A stretch of DNA of 64,000 nucleotides from a virus. Location of the stretch: the IMG/VR virus record IMGVR_UViG_3300034139_000007, positions 1-64,000 of that record. One strand, given 5' to 3'. The notes beneath the pieces are model-generated. The model made no database searches and was not told where the DNA came from. It worked only from the letters and a program-made list of their open reading frames with translations. Within the stretch, counting starts at the first letter, position 1, and every line of letters begins with the position of its first letter. The translations under genes were made by a program, and so were the position numbers. Positions 9,048 through 18,731 of the stretch are shown piece after piece.

Positions 9048-12000
9048 TGCTCAAGTTCGCAAAGGGCGGTGGCTCCAAGTCGGCCACCCGCACCCCCGAT
9101 ACGCTCACCAGCACCGACACCGTCGAGGTCCTGCTCGGGATCTCGGAAGGCCCCATCAAGGGCCTGGCCGATGGTGCCAAGTCCTTCCGTGCGGATGACA
9201 CCCCGTTCGAGAACGCCAGTGGTGAAGCCAACTTCCAGAACTTCGAACTGGACGTCTACCCCGGCAGTGAGCTGGGCCACGTCATCACGCTCGAACTGGG
9301 GGGCTTCTCCAGCCCGCTGAACATCGGCGTCACGCTCGCCAAGAACATCCCCGTCGTGCGCTCTGGCTCGGTGGCCGGCATCAACGCAATCGACTTCCGC
9401 GTGGTGGTCGGTCAGCTGCTCAAGTCCACCGACAAGGGGACGTTCACGAACACCCTGTCGCTGAAGTTCGAGATCAAGAAGACGACGGACGCAGCCTGGC
9501 AACCCGCCTGGCTCTCGTCCCCCGGCAACGTCCCTGACGTCGGCACCCCCGGCGGGGGTGGCTCCGGCGGCGGCGGTGGCACGGGTGGCGGTGGCACGGG
9601 TGGTGTCGGCGGTGGCGGTGGTGGCGTCGTCGTCGCCGAGTTCCGCTCGGACCCCATCGACAACGGAGATCACGAGAGCTGGCGCTCGTTCGGTCGGGCC
9701 AATGACATCCTGACCTTCGAGGGTGACATCCAGGCCGAGGCTCTGGAGGCCCCGCCCACCGCGCCGCCCGCGAACCCCGATCTGCCCGCGGTGGCCGTCG
9801 CCAATGACGACGTCTACCACTGGAACTCGGATGACGGGACCTGGACGCCCGACCCGGCACCCGTCAGCGGCAACTTCCGTGTTTTGAACGACGGACGTCG
9901 GCTCTATGGGGGCACGACCGCCCCGACCGGCGCTCGCCCCGGCGACCTGTGGCAGATCCTGATCATCATCCGCGTCTGGAACGGCGTCGCCTGGGTCAAG
10001 CCCAGCGAGTATCAGGCCCGTAATCCACCAACCGCCGTGAACGGCATCTGGACCATCGACGAGAAGGTGTCCTCGCCGACGCCGAAGGACCTGCGCGTCT
10101 TCCTGCCGGACGCCGGTCCCGACGACATGTGGGAGTACCGGGTCACGAAGCTGTCGGACGACAGCGGCACCGAGAACTTTTCCGAGGTCAGCTGGGAGAG
10201 TGTCCAGGAAATCAACCGCAACCCCATGGCCTTCGAGGGCGTGGCCATGGCCCGCGTCATCGGTCGTGCCTCGGATCAGTTCACCTCGCTGCCCCAGTGG
10301 AACGGCGACTGGCTGGGCCGGATCGTCAAGGTTCCGACCAACTACGATCCCGCCACGCGCGTCTACACCGGGGTCTGGGACGGCACCTACAAGATCGCGT
10401 GGACCGACAACAACGCCTGGATCTTCCAGGACTTCGTCGAGAACACCCGCTACGGCCTGTCTTCGGTCTTCCCCCACGTCGTCAACAAGTGGAAGATCTA
10501 CGAGTGGGCTCAGCACTGCGACGTCATGGTGCTGCGCCCCGACGGCTCCCTGCGCCCGCGCTGGACCTATAACGACTACGTCCAGGAGCCGCGCGACGCC
10601 AAGGAGATGGCCCAGTACATCGCGGGTACTGCTGGCGCTCGCTATGTCGACGACGGCAACGGCGTGGTCGAGGTCATCATCGACAAGGACGACCCGGCCA
10701 TCGCCCTGTTCACGATTGAGAACGTGGGCGAGGAGGGCTTCAGCTACAGCTATACCGACCGTCTGACCCGCGCCAACGAGATCACTGTCGAGTTCGTCAG
10801 CCCGAACCTCAACTGGCAGAACGACAAGCGGATCGTCCGCAACGACGCTGACATCGCCATCTTTGGCCGCATTCCCGAGAACTTCGTCGCCGTCGGCTGT
10901 ATCGACACCGACGAGGCCCTGGCTCGCGCACGCCGTCGCCTGATCGGTGGCCTGACCGAGAAGGAGATGGTCAGCTTCCCGACCAACCGGAAGGGCAAGT
11001 TCCTCGCCGAGTGGAACGTGATCCTGGTCGGCGACCCCGACATGGGTCGAGGCATGACGGGCCGCATCCGGGCCGTGACTGGTGCGCGGTCGGTCTCCCT
11101 GCGCGACCCGGTCGCCTTCGAGCCGAGCGTCGAGTACTTCGCCTCGTTCGACATCGTGAACCCGGACTATCCCGAGACTTCGTCGGAGCCGTTCCGTATC
11201 GAGCGTCGGCGCATCACCAACGCCCCTGGCAACGACCAGCTGGCGCTGACCTTCGACGCCGACCTGCCGGACCTGCCCGAGTATGCAGCCTTCATCATCG
11301 AGGCTCCTGCCGTCCTGGGCTTCCCCAAGCCCTACCGGATCACCAAGATCCAGGACGACAGCGGCACCGGTGACAACATCATCATCAACGCACTGGAGCT
11401 GAACCGGAACAAGTGGGCGTACATCGACACTGGTGAAGACCAGGGCGAGATCACCTACTCCACTTTCTCCGTTGGCGAGGTCTCGCCACCCCAGGACCCG
11501 CGCCTGGAAGTGGTGGTGCGTCAGAAGGGTGTCAGCAGCGTCCGCATCCTGCAGCTGTCCTGGGAGCGGTCCCTGTCGCAGTGGGTCCGTCGCTACAAGG
11601 TCTATCACGCCATCGACGGGGTGCCGGCCAACGTCTTCGAACCGACTGGCCTCAACATTGAGGTCGACGGCACGGTCGGCGTTCACACCTTCACGATCAT
11701 CGCCGTGGACATCCGTGGCCGCGAGAGCCGCCCGCTCTCGCTCGTCCTGAACGTGACCGGCGAGAGCCGCCCGGTCTTCCCGGTCGAGAACCTGCACCTG
11801 GTCGGCGGCCTGACGGCCACGACCTTCGACGATATGAGCCCGAAGGTCGCTTGGGACGCCATCGCGCCCAACCCGAACTTCTCCCACTACACCGTCACCG
11901 TCCTGGACGGCGTTACGAGCGAGCTGCTGCGCTTCACCAACGTGGGTCAGGCCCTGGAGTGGCGCTATGACATCGTGGACCACATCGCCGATGCCGGAGG

Positions 12001-15000
12001 CGTCCCGCGCCGCTCGCTGACGTTCATGCTGGCCGCCGTCGATCAGGACACCACCACCTCGGCTCCGACGCTGCTGACGGTCACGAACCCCGCCCCGGCG
12101 ATCCCCGCGATCACCGTCGAGGAGAGCATCGGTGGCGTCAACATCACCCTGGCTCCGGTCGCCGACCGCGACGTGGCCGGTGCGGTTATCCAGTATGGCC
12201 CCGCGGGTGATCCCTTCGCCGAGACGAAGAAGGGCAACCAGAGCGACTTCTTCGTCCCGCTGCCGGACTATGAGCCGCGCTTCGTGCGCGCCGCCTACTA
12301 CGACGTCTGGAGCGAGACCGGTCTGAACTGGTCGGCGACTTACGAGGTCTCGCGAAACCAGATCACCGGACCCGACATCGACAGCCCCGCACCGTCGACC
12401 CCTATTGGCCTGGCCGTCAGCACCCCGGCCCCGACGTTCGATACCGTGACCGGCCAGGCCGTGACCAAGGTGGTCTTCACCTGGACGGCCAACACCGAGA
12501 TCGACATCTACGGCTACGAGCTGGAGTTCACCGAAGCTGGTGGCACCGCGCAGGTGATCCCGTACCCGACGAACCGGGCCGAGATCATTATCAAGGCCAA
12601 CACCGGCTTCAGTGGTCGCATCCGGTCCGTGAACCGCCTCGGCGGCAAGTCCGGCTATTCCACGCCCGTGTCGGGCACCTCGGCCAAGGACCTGGTCGCG
12701 CCGAACCCACCGACGGGTGTGACGGCCACGGGTTTGTTCGGCTCCTGGGGCCTGAGCTGGATCAATGCCACCGCCATCGACCTGAAGTCCGTCGAGGTCT
12801 GGGAGCACACCGCCAACGTCTTCGGCTCGGCGACCAAGATCGGCACTGTGGACGTGAGCCCAGGCGTGGTCGGCACCTACGTCCGCTCCGGCCTGGCCCC
12901 CAACACCCTGCGCTACATCTGGCTGGTGTCGGTCGACAGCTCTGGCAACCGGTCCGTTCAGACCACCGCCGTGTCCGCGACGACCTCGCGGCTGGCTACG
13001 GCTGACTTCGGTCCGGGCATCGCCCCCATCGAATACGCCGACTACGGTGCGCCCTCTCCGGCTACGGCCAATGCTCCGAGCCTGCCCACCACCGGCAACT
13101 TTGAAGGCCGGATGGCGGCCAACACCAACGCGGCTGATCGCAAGCTCTATCGCTACGCTGGTGGCGCATGGACCCGGGCAGTGGCCGGTACCGACCTGGC
13201 TCCGGGTTCGCTGGGCTATGCCGCCTTCAGCGACGACCTGCGCCCCCCGCAGGTCGTTACCTCGCTTCCCTCGACGGGCAACTACCTGGGCCGTCAGGTT
13301 CTGCTCACCACGGACAAGAAGCTCTATCGCTGGACCTCGGCGACCACGACGGGCACCGCCGACTGGTCCAAGGCCACCGACGGTGCGGACATCACCGCTG
13401 GCTCCATCACGGGCGACCGCATCCTCGCGGGCACCATCACGTCGGCGCTGATTGCTGCCGACGCGATCACCGCGTCCAAGGTGCGGATCGGTGACACGTC
13501 CAACATGTACCCGGACCCGCTGCTGATCGACCCGGCAGCTTTGTTCGGTTCATTCGGAGGGTTCACCCAGACCGGCGCGGCTATATCGTCCGAAAACTAC
13601 GCCCTGGTCCTGGCCAACGCCGCCGACCGCTCGACATACACCGAGACCTTCTCGGTCGAGGCCGGCAAGCCATATTTCCTGAGCTTCTTGATCGGACTGG
13701 GTGCGGGGACCGCGCCCGTGGGGGGCATGCAGGTCCTCCTCTCCTGGTTCTCGGTCGGCGACACCGGTGTTGAAACCTTCATCACCAACACCGCGCTGGG
13801 CACGGTTAATGGGGCGGGCAACTTCCAGACGGTCTCTGGACAGGTCGTCGCCCCTGCCAACGCTCGGCGGGTTCAGATCGTCTTCTATCGCTATGGCGGC
13901 GGGACCTCCATCGGTTATATCGGCTCGCCCATCATGCGCCGGGCGGCTAATGGCGAGCTGATCGTCGATGGGTCGATCACCGCCCTGAAGATCGCTGCCG
14001 GATCGATCACTGGTGACCGCATCCAGGCGGGCACGATCACCGCAGCTGCTCTGGCCGCGGGCACGATCACCGCGCTTCAGATCCAGGCCGGGTCGATCAC
14101 GGGCGACCGCCTGACTGCGGCCACGATCACCGCCCTACAGATCGCGGCCAACTCGATCACGACCTCGCGGCTCCAGGTCATCAGCCCGAGCCTGTGGCCC
14201 GACACCCAGTTCAATGAGGACGACAGCTTCCAGATCCTCGGAGGGTGGGCGTACAACAGGAACCCTGCAGCCGCGATCTGGACGTTCATGGGCGTGCGGA
14301 GCGGCATCGTTCTGAGTGGGGGTGTCCGGCCTGCCTATACCGTTGCTACGTCTCGCCACCTGTACAACAGTCTCTCGGCTGGCAAGGAGCACCGCGCTCG
14401 GGCGAAGATCGCGAACTCAACGACGACGACCGAGATCATCGTTCGCTTCGATTTTTACGATGCTGCCGACGTTTTCTTGTCCAGCATCGCGGTCGCTGCT
14501 CCCCCTAATGGCGGCGTTCCGACCCAGTACGAGGGCGTTGGCACGGTACCCACCAACACCTCCTGGTATCGGATGGTCGTTTTCAATCCGAATGCGACCG
14601 ATGCCCCCGGCCAGGCTTGGGTCAGCGACGTCTATCTGGAAGAGCGGGCGACAGGCTCTCTGATCGTCGATGGATCGATCACCGCTACCAAGATCCAGGC
14701 CGGGTCGATCACGGGTGACCGCATTCAGGCGGGTACCCTGACGGCTGTCCAGATCGCGGCCAGCTCGATCACGGCCAGCCGTCTGGCCTTGATCGACACG
14801 ACCAACATGGTCGCGGACAGCACGTTCGTGGACCCGTCGTCCTGGACCCTGAACGGGTCTCCGGCGTGGACCATCGTTGCCGATAGCGTGGCCGCCGCTG
14901 CGATGAGCGCCCAACGGCAGATCCGCTCGGGTGCTCCATCGGGCGTGCCCCATGCTGCCCAATATGATCAGGCCTTCTCCACGGCTCTGATCCCGGTCGA

Positions 15001-15649
15001 ACCGGGCAAGCCTCTCCGCTTCTCCACGTCGTGGCTGCACACCGCTGGCTTCACCGGCATCATGCGGTTCTACATCTACGAGTACAACACCGGGGCGGCG
15101 TACCTGCGTGGTTCGAACGCTGGGACTAGTGCTGACCGACGGGCTACTGCGGCCCCCAGTCAGGAGAACGGCGTCGTCCAGGCGGTCATCACGCCTCTGG
15201 CCGCCACGGCCTATGTCCGTTGGGGTGTCGAGCTGCAACGCTCGCCGAGCCTGAACAACGCGGGCTATGCCTTCGCTGCCAACCCGCGCATCAGCCGGGC
15301 AGTCAACGCTGAGCTGATCGTCGATGGCACCATCACCGCCACCCATATCGCAGCGGGCACGATCACTGGCGACCGACTAGTCGCGGGCACGATCACGGCC
15401 ACGCAGCTGGCCGTCGGCTCGGTCACGGCGGTGAACATCAATGTCGCCAACCTGGCCGCGATCAACTCGAACCTGGGTGCGATCACGGCGGGCTCGATCA
15501 ACATCGGCTCCGGCAAGTTCGTCGTGGCCACCGACGGCTCGGTCTCGATCAAGAGTGCCACGACTGGTCAGCGTACCGAGATCGATCAGTTCGGTGGGCG
15601 GGTCTATGACGGCGCGGGCGTCCTGCGGGTCCGCTGGGGCATCTGGTAA
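9047..15649 (+). CDS. Central tail fibre / host specificity protein (lambda gpJ-like)
   Basis: 2200 aa; ISEGPIKGL, KVPTNYDP..YTGVWDGTYK.AWTDN; FN3-like domains; repetitive C-terminus. Confidence 0.92.
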   Translation: MLKFAKGGGSKSATRTPDTLTSTDTVEVLLGISEGPIKGLADGAKSFRADDTPFENASGEANFQNFELDVYPGSELGHVITLELGGFSSPLNIGVTLAKNIPVVRSGSVAGINAIDFRVVVGQLLKSTDKGTFTNTLSLKFEIKKTTDAAWQPAWLSSPGNVPDVGTPGGGGSGGGGGTGGGGTGGVGGGGGGVVVAEFRSDPIDNGDHESWRSFGRANDILTFEGDIQAEALEAPPTAPPANPDLPAVAVANDDVYHWNSDDGTWTPDPAPVSGNFRVLNDGRRLYGGTTAPTGARPGDLWQILIIIRVWNGVAWVKPSEYQARNPPTAVNGIWTIDEKVSSPTPKDLRVFLPDAGPDDMWEYRVTKLSDDSGTENFSEVSWESVQEINRNPMAFEGVAMARVIGRASDQFTSLPQWNGDWLGRIVKVPTNYDPATRVYTGVWDGTYKIAWTDNNAWIFQDFVENTRYGLSSVFPHVVNKWKIYEWAQHCDVMVLRPDGSLRPRWTYNDYVQEPRDAKEMAQYIAGTAGARYVDDGNGVVEVIIDKDDPAIALFTIENVGEEGFSYSYTDRLTRANEITVEFVSPNLNWQNDKRIVRNDADIAIFGRIPENFVAVGCIDTDEALARARRRLIGGLTEKEMVSFPTNRKGKFLAEWNVILVGDPDMGRGMTGRIRAVTGARSVSLRDPVAFEPSVEYFASFDIVNPDYPETSSEPFRIERRRITNAPGNDQLALTFDADLPDLPEYAAFIIEAPAVLGFPKPYRITKIQDDSGTGDNIIINALELNRNKWAYIDTGEDQGEITYSTFSVGEVSPPQDPRLEVVVRQKGVSSVRILQLSWERSLSQWVRRYKVYHAIDGVPANVFEPTGLNIEVDGTVGVHTFTIIAVDIRGRESRPLSLVLNVTGESRPVFPVENLHLVGGLTATTFDDMSPKVAWDAIAPNPNFSHYTVTVLDGVTSELLRFTNVGQALEWRYDIVDHIADAGGVPRRSLTFMLAAVDQDTTTSAPTLLTVTNPAPAIPAITVEESIGGVNITLAPVADRDVAGAVIQYGPAGDPFAETKKGNQSDFFVPLPDYEPRFVRAAYYDVWSETGLNWSATYEVSRNQITGPDIDSPAPSTPIGLAVSTPAPTFDTVTGQAVTKVVFTWTANTEIDIYGYELEFTEAGGTAQVIPYPTNRAEIIIKANTGFSGRIRSVNRLGGKSGYSTPVSGTSAKDLVAPNPPTGVTATGLFGSWGLSWINATAIDLKSVEVWEHTANVFGSATKIGTVDVSPGVVGTYVRSGLAPNTLRYIWLVSVDSSGNRSVQTTAVSATTSRLATADFGPGIAPIEYADYGAPSPATANAPSLPTTGNFEGRMAANTNAADRKLYRYAGGAWTRAVAGTDLAPGSLGYAAFSDDLRPPQVVTSLPSTGNYLGRQVLLTTDKKLYRWTSATTTGTADWSKATDGADITAGSITGDRILAGTITSALIAADAITASKVRIGDTSNMYPDPLLIDPAALFGSFGGFTQTGAAISSENYALVLANAADRSTYTETFSVEAGKPYFLSFLIGLGAGTAPVGGMQVLLSWFSVGDTGVETFITNTALGTVNGAGNFQTVSGQVVAPANARRVQIVFYRYGGGTSIGYIGSPIMRRAANGELIVDGSITALKIAAGSITGDRIQAGTITAAALAAGTITALQIQAGSITGDRLTAATITALQIAANSITTSRLQVISPSLWPDTQFNEDDSFQILGGWAYNRNPAAAIWTFMGVRSGIVLSGGVRPAYTVATSRHLYNSLSAGKEHRARAKIANSTTTTEIIVRFDFYDAADVFLSSIAVAAPPNGGVPTQYEGVGTVPTNTSWYRMVVFNPNATDAPGQAWVSDVYLEERATGSLIVDGSITATKIQAGSITGDRIQAGTLTAVQIAASSITASRLALIDTTNMVADSTFVDPSSWTLNGSPAWTIVADSVAAAAMSAQRQIRSGAPSGVPHAAQYDQAFSTALIPVEPGKPLRFSTSWLHTAGFTGIMRFYIYEYNTGAAYLRGSNAGTSADRRATAAPSQENGVVQAVITPLAATAYVRWGVELQRSPSLNNAGYAFAANPRISRAVNAELIVDGTITATHIAAGTITGDRLVAGTITATQLAVGSVTAVNINVANLAAINSNLGAITAGSINIGSGKFVVATDGSVSIKSATTGQRTEIDQFGGRVYDGAGVLRVRWGIW
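13370..15460 (+). repeat. Four blocks of 10-aa (30-nt) G-[ST]-I-T-x-x-x-I-x-A repeats flanking three unrelated 150-170-aa modules in J
   Basis: CTGATCGTCGATGG at 13958, 14660, 15314; AGATCCAGGCCGGGTCGATCACGGG[C/T]GACCGC at about 14079 and 14691. Confidence 0.85.
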
Positions 15650-15924
15650 TGCCCCAGGGACTTCAGGTATGGAACGCAGCAGGGCAGTTGACCCTGGACA
15701 CCGGCACGCGCATCTCTCGTCTGCATGGGTCCTTCCTGACAACGTCAGGAGCGGGCTCGATCATCCTGCCCTCTCTGGCTCAAGGCGATCCCTTCTTTCT
15801 TCTCACCGTTCCATCGTTCAACCCGTCGGACAATAACTACGCCCGCCCGACCATCACGCGCAGCGGTACCACGATCTCGTGGACCGGCGGGGTCGTCTGC
15901 CGCGTCTTCTACGGAGCCTTCTGA
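15649..15924 (+). CDS. Small tail-tip associated protein
   Basis: TAATG coupling to J; MPQGLQVWNAAG N-terminus typical of post-J genes. Confidence 0.65.
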   Translation: MPQGLQVWNAAGQLTLDTGTRISRLHGSFLTTSGAGSIILPSLAQGDPFFLLTVPSFNPSDNNYARPTITRSGTTISWTGGVVCRVFYGAF

Positions 15925-16655
15925 TGCCCGCTGGCTTCCAGGTCTTCAACGACAGCAACACCGTGCAGGTGGATCAGGACTACTTGTGCCTGCAGTTCGT
16001 TGCCAAGGGCAGTCAGACCCTCACGACCCGCATGACCGCGGCAGGGATTATGGACCCTGGTGTCGCCAGCAGTGTCCAAAGCCAGACAGGGAATGCGTGG
16101 GTGAACCCCCTCGGAACAGGAGCCCCCAGCTTTGCCGGGGATGGTCTGGTTGCGTTCCGAGCCCGGGGTGGTGGCCGCGTCGGCGTGGGCTATACCAACA
16201 CGGGCCTGCCGGTCTTCATCGGGGACAGCCCCACGGCTGGCCCCATCGTGGACTGGTGGCAGTTCGGTCGGGCCGCGGTGCGATCCTCGGGAGCCGGGCT
16301 CGAAGTCTACGACGCGAGCGGGAACCTCGTCTTCTCGGATGCACAGCGGCCCATGAAGCTAGAGGCTGTCGCCAACGACGTGAACATCATCTCGGCTCCC
16401 TCCCTGACCGGTCCGAATGGGGACTGGGCCATCTGCACCGGCGCAACCTGGCCCTCTGTCTTCAGCTTTATCAGCCAGGGTGGGGAGTGGCATTATGTCG
16501 AGGGCATCCCAATGTGGGAGGCACCATCTAACACCGGCTTTGGTCCACCTCTGATGAGAAACGCCTTCGCCCGCAAGAACAGCCAGATCCCCAACGGCCT
16601 CGACTACAGCCAGGCGAAAGCCACGATGCTTCTGGTAGACGTAGCGGGGTTGTAG
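15924..16655 (+). CDS. Tail-tip associated / receptor-binding accessory protein
   Basis: TGATG coupling; MPAGFQVFND and internal GLEVYDASGNLVF resemble preceding gene. Confidence 0.65.
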   Translation: MPAGFQVFNDSNTVQVDQDYLCLQFVAKGSQTLTTRMTAAGIMDPGVASSVQSQTGNAWVNPLGTGAPSFAGDGLVAFRARGGGRVGVGYTNTGLPVFIGDSPTAGPIVDWWQFGRAAVRSSGAGLEVYDASGNLVFSDAQRPMKLEAVANDVNIISAPSLTGPNGDWAICTGATWPSVFSFISQGGEWHYVEGIPMWEAPSNTGFGPPLMRNAFARKNSQIPNGLDYSQAKATMLLVDVAGL

Positions 16656-16669
16656 TAGTAGGAAACCTC

Positions 16670-17008
16670 ATGACCGAAGAAAACCCCACCCCCGAACTCA
16701 CCATGGCCGATCTCCAGGAAGCACTGGACATGGCCAACGATCAGATGAAGATCTGGCAGGACCGCGCGATCAACTATATGAACGAGAGCAGCTCGGCCCA
16801 GCTTGAACGTAACTCGCTCAAGCGTCAGGTCTTGCGTCTTGAAACCCAGCTGGCCAGATTTCTGACCACTCACCAGGAGAATACCCATGGTCGCGAAGCC
16901 GACACTCAAGGAACTGACGGCCCAAGTGGCCGAGCGGCAGCGGGAGGCGCTGGAGGAGACCCAGACTGGTCTAAGGGCACTGATGGCGTCTCTGAAGCCG
17001 CTGGATGA
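16670..17008 (+). CDS. Hypothetical coiled-coil protein
   Basis: AGGA RBS; heptad pattern; 3' end overlaps next gene. Confidence 0.55.
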   Translation: MTEENPTPELTMADLQEALDMANDQMKIWQDRAINYMNESSSAQLERNSLKRQVLRLETQLARFLTTHQENTHGREADTQGTDGPSGRAAAGGAGGDPDWSKGTDGVSEAAG

Positions 17009-17120
17009 GGCTGGCATTCCCAGCGTCGCCGGGGCCTACATCAACCGCATCATCTCGACCTGCCAGGTCTGGGACAGTGAGGCAGATGGCCTCATCGCCC
17101 AGGTCACGATCAAGGAATAA
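16887..17120 (+). CDS. Hypothetical protein
   Basis: AGGAG RBS; ends directly before terminator. Confidence 0.65.
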   Translation: MVAKPTLKELTAQVAERQREALEETQTGLRALMASLKPLDEAGIPSVAGAYINRIISTCQVWDSEADGLIAQVTIKE

Positions 17121-17123
17121 GAG

Positions 17124-17151
17124 AGGCCCGCTTCGGCGGGCCTTTTCTTTT
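17124..17151 (+). terminator. Rho-independent terminator ending tail operon
   Basis: AGGCCCGC-TTCG-GCGGGCCT then TTTCTTTT. Confidence 0.9.
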
Positions 17152-17156
17152 GCCGT

Positions 17157-17169
17157 TATCCAGTAGACA
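17157..17169. promoter_or_regulatory. Motif B palindrome copy 1 (TATCCAGTAGACA)
   Basis: One of six TRTCYASTRGAYA copies at operon boundaries. Confidence 0.65.
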
Positions 17170-17221
17170 TTTTAAACACGCAACGCGGGCACTATCACCC
17201 GATCTATGGCATGGCTCTGAA

Positions 17222-17401
17222 ATGGCACGCAATAAAGCAATCATGGCTTGGGGTAACGAAGCCGACCGTCACAGGTTGGCGGCTATCGCCCGGTCCGAGC
17301 AGCAGAGCGGAAGCCAAGTCCTTCTTACGTTCATCCAGACCCGCTACCGGGAGCTGTTTGGCGATCTCGACCCTTCGCTGACAGTGCCGAAGGACCAGTA
17401 G
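17222..17401 (+). CDS. Putative ribbon-helix-helix DNA-binding protein (59 aa)
   Basis: MARNKAIMAW strand, EADRHRLAAIARSEQ helix, SGS, QVLLTFIQTRY helix. Confidence 0.5.
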   Translation: MARNKAIMAWGNEADRHRLAAIARSEQQSGSQVLLTFIQTRYRELFGDLDPSLTVPKDQ

Positions 17402-17402
17402 C

Positions 17403-17768
17403 GTGGAACCGACCGAAATGCAGAATGTTATCCTGCCGCTGATCGATCGGTTGATCGCGCCGGTCGTCCAGCGTCTGGACCAAATGGACACCCGCCAACG
17501 GGAAGACGCCCAGCATCTGCACGCCAAGCTCGACGCGGTCGCCGCCGTCGGCCACCGGGTCCAGAACTTCGAGGGCACCGCACAGGACCTCAAGCATCGC
17601 CTCGAAGAGGTGGAGAACAACCAGATCGCTCAGGCCGCCAGCCTCGCGCGTACCCAAGGCCGTAACGACGTGATCGTGTGGGTCCTGGGCGTCATCGGCG
17701 GCCCGGTCGTAGTCGCCCTCACCCTGGCCGGGATCGCCAAGGTGTTCAACATATCGCTGGGAGTGTAA
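17403..17768 (+). CDS. Putative holin / XhlA-like membrane protein
   Basis: Coiled coil plus C-terminal TM segment; upstream of endolysin. Confidence 0.5.
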   Translation: MEPTEMQNVILPLIDRLIAPVVQRLDQMDTRQREDAQHLHAKLDAVAAVGHRVQNFEGTAQDLKHRLEEVENNQIAQAASLARTQGRNDVIVWVLGVIGGPVVVALTLAGIAKVFNISLGV

Positions 17769-17858
17769 GACCCCAGCGAACCGTAACCTCCAGGTCAGGC
17801 GATCTGCCTCACCCTTGGAACAACACCAGCGCACGATCCAGCGCCTGGAGGCCCCCTC

Positions 17859-18731
17859 ATGAGCAAGCTCGCAAACATCCTTCCCCTCGTCCTGGCCCAT
17901 GAAGGTGGCTTCTCGGACCACCCCCGCGACCCGGGTGGTGCGACGATGAAGGGCGTGACACAGCGCGTCTACGACCACTACCGCGAGCTGAAGGGACTTG
18001 AGCCTCGCAGCGTGCGGCACATCACGACCCGCGAGCTGGAAGAGATCTACCAGAAGCAGTACTTCGACGCCGTCAAGGGCGACCAGCTCCCCGCTGGTCT
18101 CGACTACGCCGTGTTCGACTACGCCGTGAACAGCGGACCTGGCCGGGCCGCCAAGGACCTCCAGCGCACGCTGGGCAGGGGTCTGAAGGTGGATGGCCAG
18201 ATCGGCCTCGGCACCCTGGCCGTGATCCGTGAGGCCATGGCCGAGGACGAGGAAGGCCTGATCCAGAAGTACTGCGACCGTCGCCTGCGCTTCCTGCGCG
18301 GTCTGAAGACCTGGGACGTCTTCGGCAAGGGCTGGGGCCGTCGCGTCTTCGGCAACCACGAGGGCTTCCAGGAGACCGACAAGGGCGTGGTCGACTATGC
18401 CATCATGATGGCCCGCAAGGATCTGGAGTTCCCGATCAAGGTCTCCGAGCTGCCGGTTGCCATCGGCGTCCGTGAAGGCGAAGAAGGCGGTCGCGGCACT
18501 GAGGCTGAGACTGCGGTCACCAAGACGCCCGCCGGGATCGGCACGATCATTGCCGCGACCGGCGTCTCGGGTCAGACGATCATCGCTGCCGCCGAGCAGG
18601 TGAAGCCACATATCGGTGACACCCTGGTCGGCAAGCTGGCCCTCATCGCCTTCCTGGTGATGATGCTGGCCGGCGCTGGCCTGCTGGGTTACACCTTCTA
18701 CCGTCGCATGAAGGAGAAGGGTGCCATCTGA
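17859..18731 (+). CDS. Endolysin, glycoside hydrolase family 108, with C-terminal hydrophobic segments
   Basis: HEGGFSDHPRDPGGATMKGVT, FDYAVNSG, DGQIG..T, FGKGW.RR. Confidence 0.92.
   Translation: MSKLANILPLVLAHEGGFSDHPRDPGGATMKGVTQRVYDHYRELKGLEPRSVRHITTRELEEIYQKQYFDAVKGDQLPAGLDYAVFDYAVNSGPGRAAKDLQRTLGRGLKVDGQIGLGTLAVIREAMAEDEEGLIQKYCDRRLRFLRGLKTWDVFGKGWGRRVFGNHEGFQETDKGVVDYAIMMARKDLEFPIKVSELPVAIGVREGEEGGRGTEAETAVTKTPAGIGTIIAATGVSGQTIIAAAEQVKPHIGDTLVGKLALIAFLVMMLAGAGLLGYTFYRRMKEKGAI

Noticed and set aside
1928-12808. Very long - strand ORFs (1928-6550, 8978-12808) opposite TMP and J, and similar + strand ORFs opposite pol, helicase and rIIA
   Set aside because: Antisense shadows expected from high-GC codon bias; no RBS or recognisable motifs, and they fully overlap well-supported genes
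13370-15649. Diversity-generating retroelement or invertible shufflon acting on J
   Set aside because: Repeats are direct and in frame, differences are not adenine-specific, and no reverse transcriptase or invertase gene is seen
17150-17221. TTG start of the 83-aa ORF in the track
   Set aside because: Start lies in the terminator U tract and the extension spans motif B; ATG 17222 gives a coherent small domain
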